A stretch of 64,000 bases of DNA. Origin: Yuukianura sp. NJ FZ-2021. Its lineage: Eukaryota. Positions within the stretch are counted from its first letter, which is position 1. The number at the start of each line of letters is the position of its first letter. The position numbers and the translations under genes were made by a program. This document shows positions 62,364-64,000 of this stretch, one piece after another. The notes beneath the pieces are model-generated. The model was not told the DNA's origin, ran no database searches, and saw only the letters and a list, made by a program, of their open reading frames with translations. The stretch is from assembly GCA_046563655.1 (NCBI GenBank), contig CM102286.1, positions 12,090,001 through 12,154,000 on the forward strand. The letters run 5' to 3'.

Positions 62364-64000
62364 GTAAGCTCATTGTTTTGTTAGTTATAGTTTGTCTGTT
62401 TTTAGAAGGCACTTTTCGACGTTTTTTCAGTTCCATTGCGACGCTTATAGAAAAACTTAGCTTGTCAAAAACACTTTCTCCATTAGGTCTGTACACAAAA
62501 TTTCAAGAATTGATAATTTCTATTTTAACGTTATAAGTCGACTGGAATTGTTTCCAAATTTGAAAAGTGACTTCTAAAAAGAGACTATAATTGTAGTACT
62601 TATACAAAATTAGACTTAGTGAGACTGATTATGTCCGTCATTGGACATAAATCCTTGATGACGCTTATTTTGAGCCCAGATATTCTCGATTCATGACATT
62701 TTGGTTTTAAAATTAGTGCGCGTGGGAGTTAAGTGCCATGTAAACCTCCAACTTAACCAGAGGCAAAGTCAGTTCAATATTTGTCTTCTATTTTTTCCCT
62801 AAAAAACAGTATTCAAAATTACCGCTTGGTGAAGCCTCTCGGGTTTTAAGGAAAAAGTTTTACCCCAGCACTCTTTGAAATGAACAGAAAAAAGTTTCAA
62901 AACCTGAAATGCACTTTTATAATTTTTGGCTGAACAAAACTGACAGCACATGAAAACAAAATTTTGAGGTCGTCAACCTATCTCAATGCTTTTAATACGG
63001 AGCGAAACTTTCCAGACAAAAATTTGACCTCATTTATTACAATTTTTTTTCCAAAACTTTTTTTCTTTCATAGACATAAATTTTCGGATCAAATTTTCTG
63101 AATGGTTTCAAAAAGTGTTGAGATTTTTTCCGGATAAGTTTGCAAAAGAATCTGTCGCTGAATGAATTTGGTTGGTTTTTCGGAGTTGATGAAAACAAGA
63201 AAAACGGGATCCGATTAATCGCTTTCTTTTTCTCTTCCAAGAAAACCAGAATCAGGTAAAAGTTTTCAAACAGCAAAATTTTCAGAAAAAATCACGTTTC
63301 GAAATCCGATAAAAGGAACAATAACAGGATTCAAAATTTTTTTGGACTCTCAGGTCAATTTGTCTGTATCCTGCGAAGTTAATGGGACCTGACGAAGACC
63401 TTTGCTTTTCGTGAGGTGGCTGTCAGTAGAAGGAACTTTTCCCTTTTGGAATTAGTTTATTTAGGAAATCGCTGAAGAAGTGATCGCTTTATTCCCAAGC
63501 ACGACCCTAAAACTAATCATAACTTTTGACATGAGGAAGCTCGTCCGACAACTTTTTTGCACGTTAGAACGCTTACTTTCACCGGTGGTACTAAAAGGAA
63601 AACTTTCTTTGTCCCAAAAGTTACACAAAAAGCGCCAAATCAAATGAAAACCCTTCGCTAGTTTTGATACAACCGAGATTTTTTGACAGGCACTGCACAG
63701 TAACTTGTTCGTTCGAAATTGTTTGATTTTCCAAACTCATTTCCAACATAAAGTTCCAAATTTTTGACATACACTTAACTAAAAGATGAAGCGAAAACAA
63801 AATTCATTCTAAGTATAAAAACTTTCTTTTGAAAGTCCGTAACTACAAATTCGGCACTGCCAAAATTTCGAAATTGGAACTACATTTGCATACCATGTTA
63901 ATAAAAATTGAAATTTGTAAAACTTAGACAAGCATTTACAAGTTTGAAGTTAAGGCTTAAGTGGAAATATTTTCGGAAATGAGTAATATGACTTTTTGAA

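Overview
AT-rich, intron-dense animal genomic DNA, most consistent with a non-dipteran arthropod (Drosophila-like tRNA-Ser body, beta-type octopamine receptor, many 55-100 bp GT-AG introns, but a true glutathione reductase). Genes spliced by hand, in order: an unknown 4-exon gene; DcpS, whose stop codon overlaps the start of an intronless UBE3D/Ipa1-like ORF with a long Thr/Glu/Pro repeat; glutathione reductase with two in-frame starts; SNAP-25 (minus strand, 7 coding exons); tRNA-Ser(AGA); a Cys-rich, probably GPI-anchored protein; TMEM192; PDHB; and the 5' part of a beta-adrenergic-like octopamine receptor. Introns hold many DNA transposons with readable TIRs and TSDs (Harbinger-like, Tc1/pogo-like, hAT). 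Three highlights: (1) an apparently intact, intron-containing Transib (RAG1-related) transposon nested in a Harbinger-like MITE; (2) a 7.3 kb non-coding foldback palindrome whose two arms carry 164-bp satellite arrays with different higher-order repeats; (3) the DcpS/UBE3D overlap, which suggests dicistronic or recoded expression. Protein family calls come from motif recognition, not database searches.
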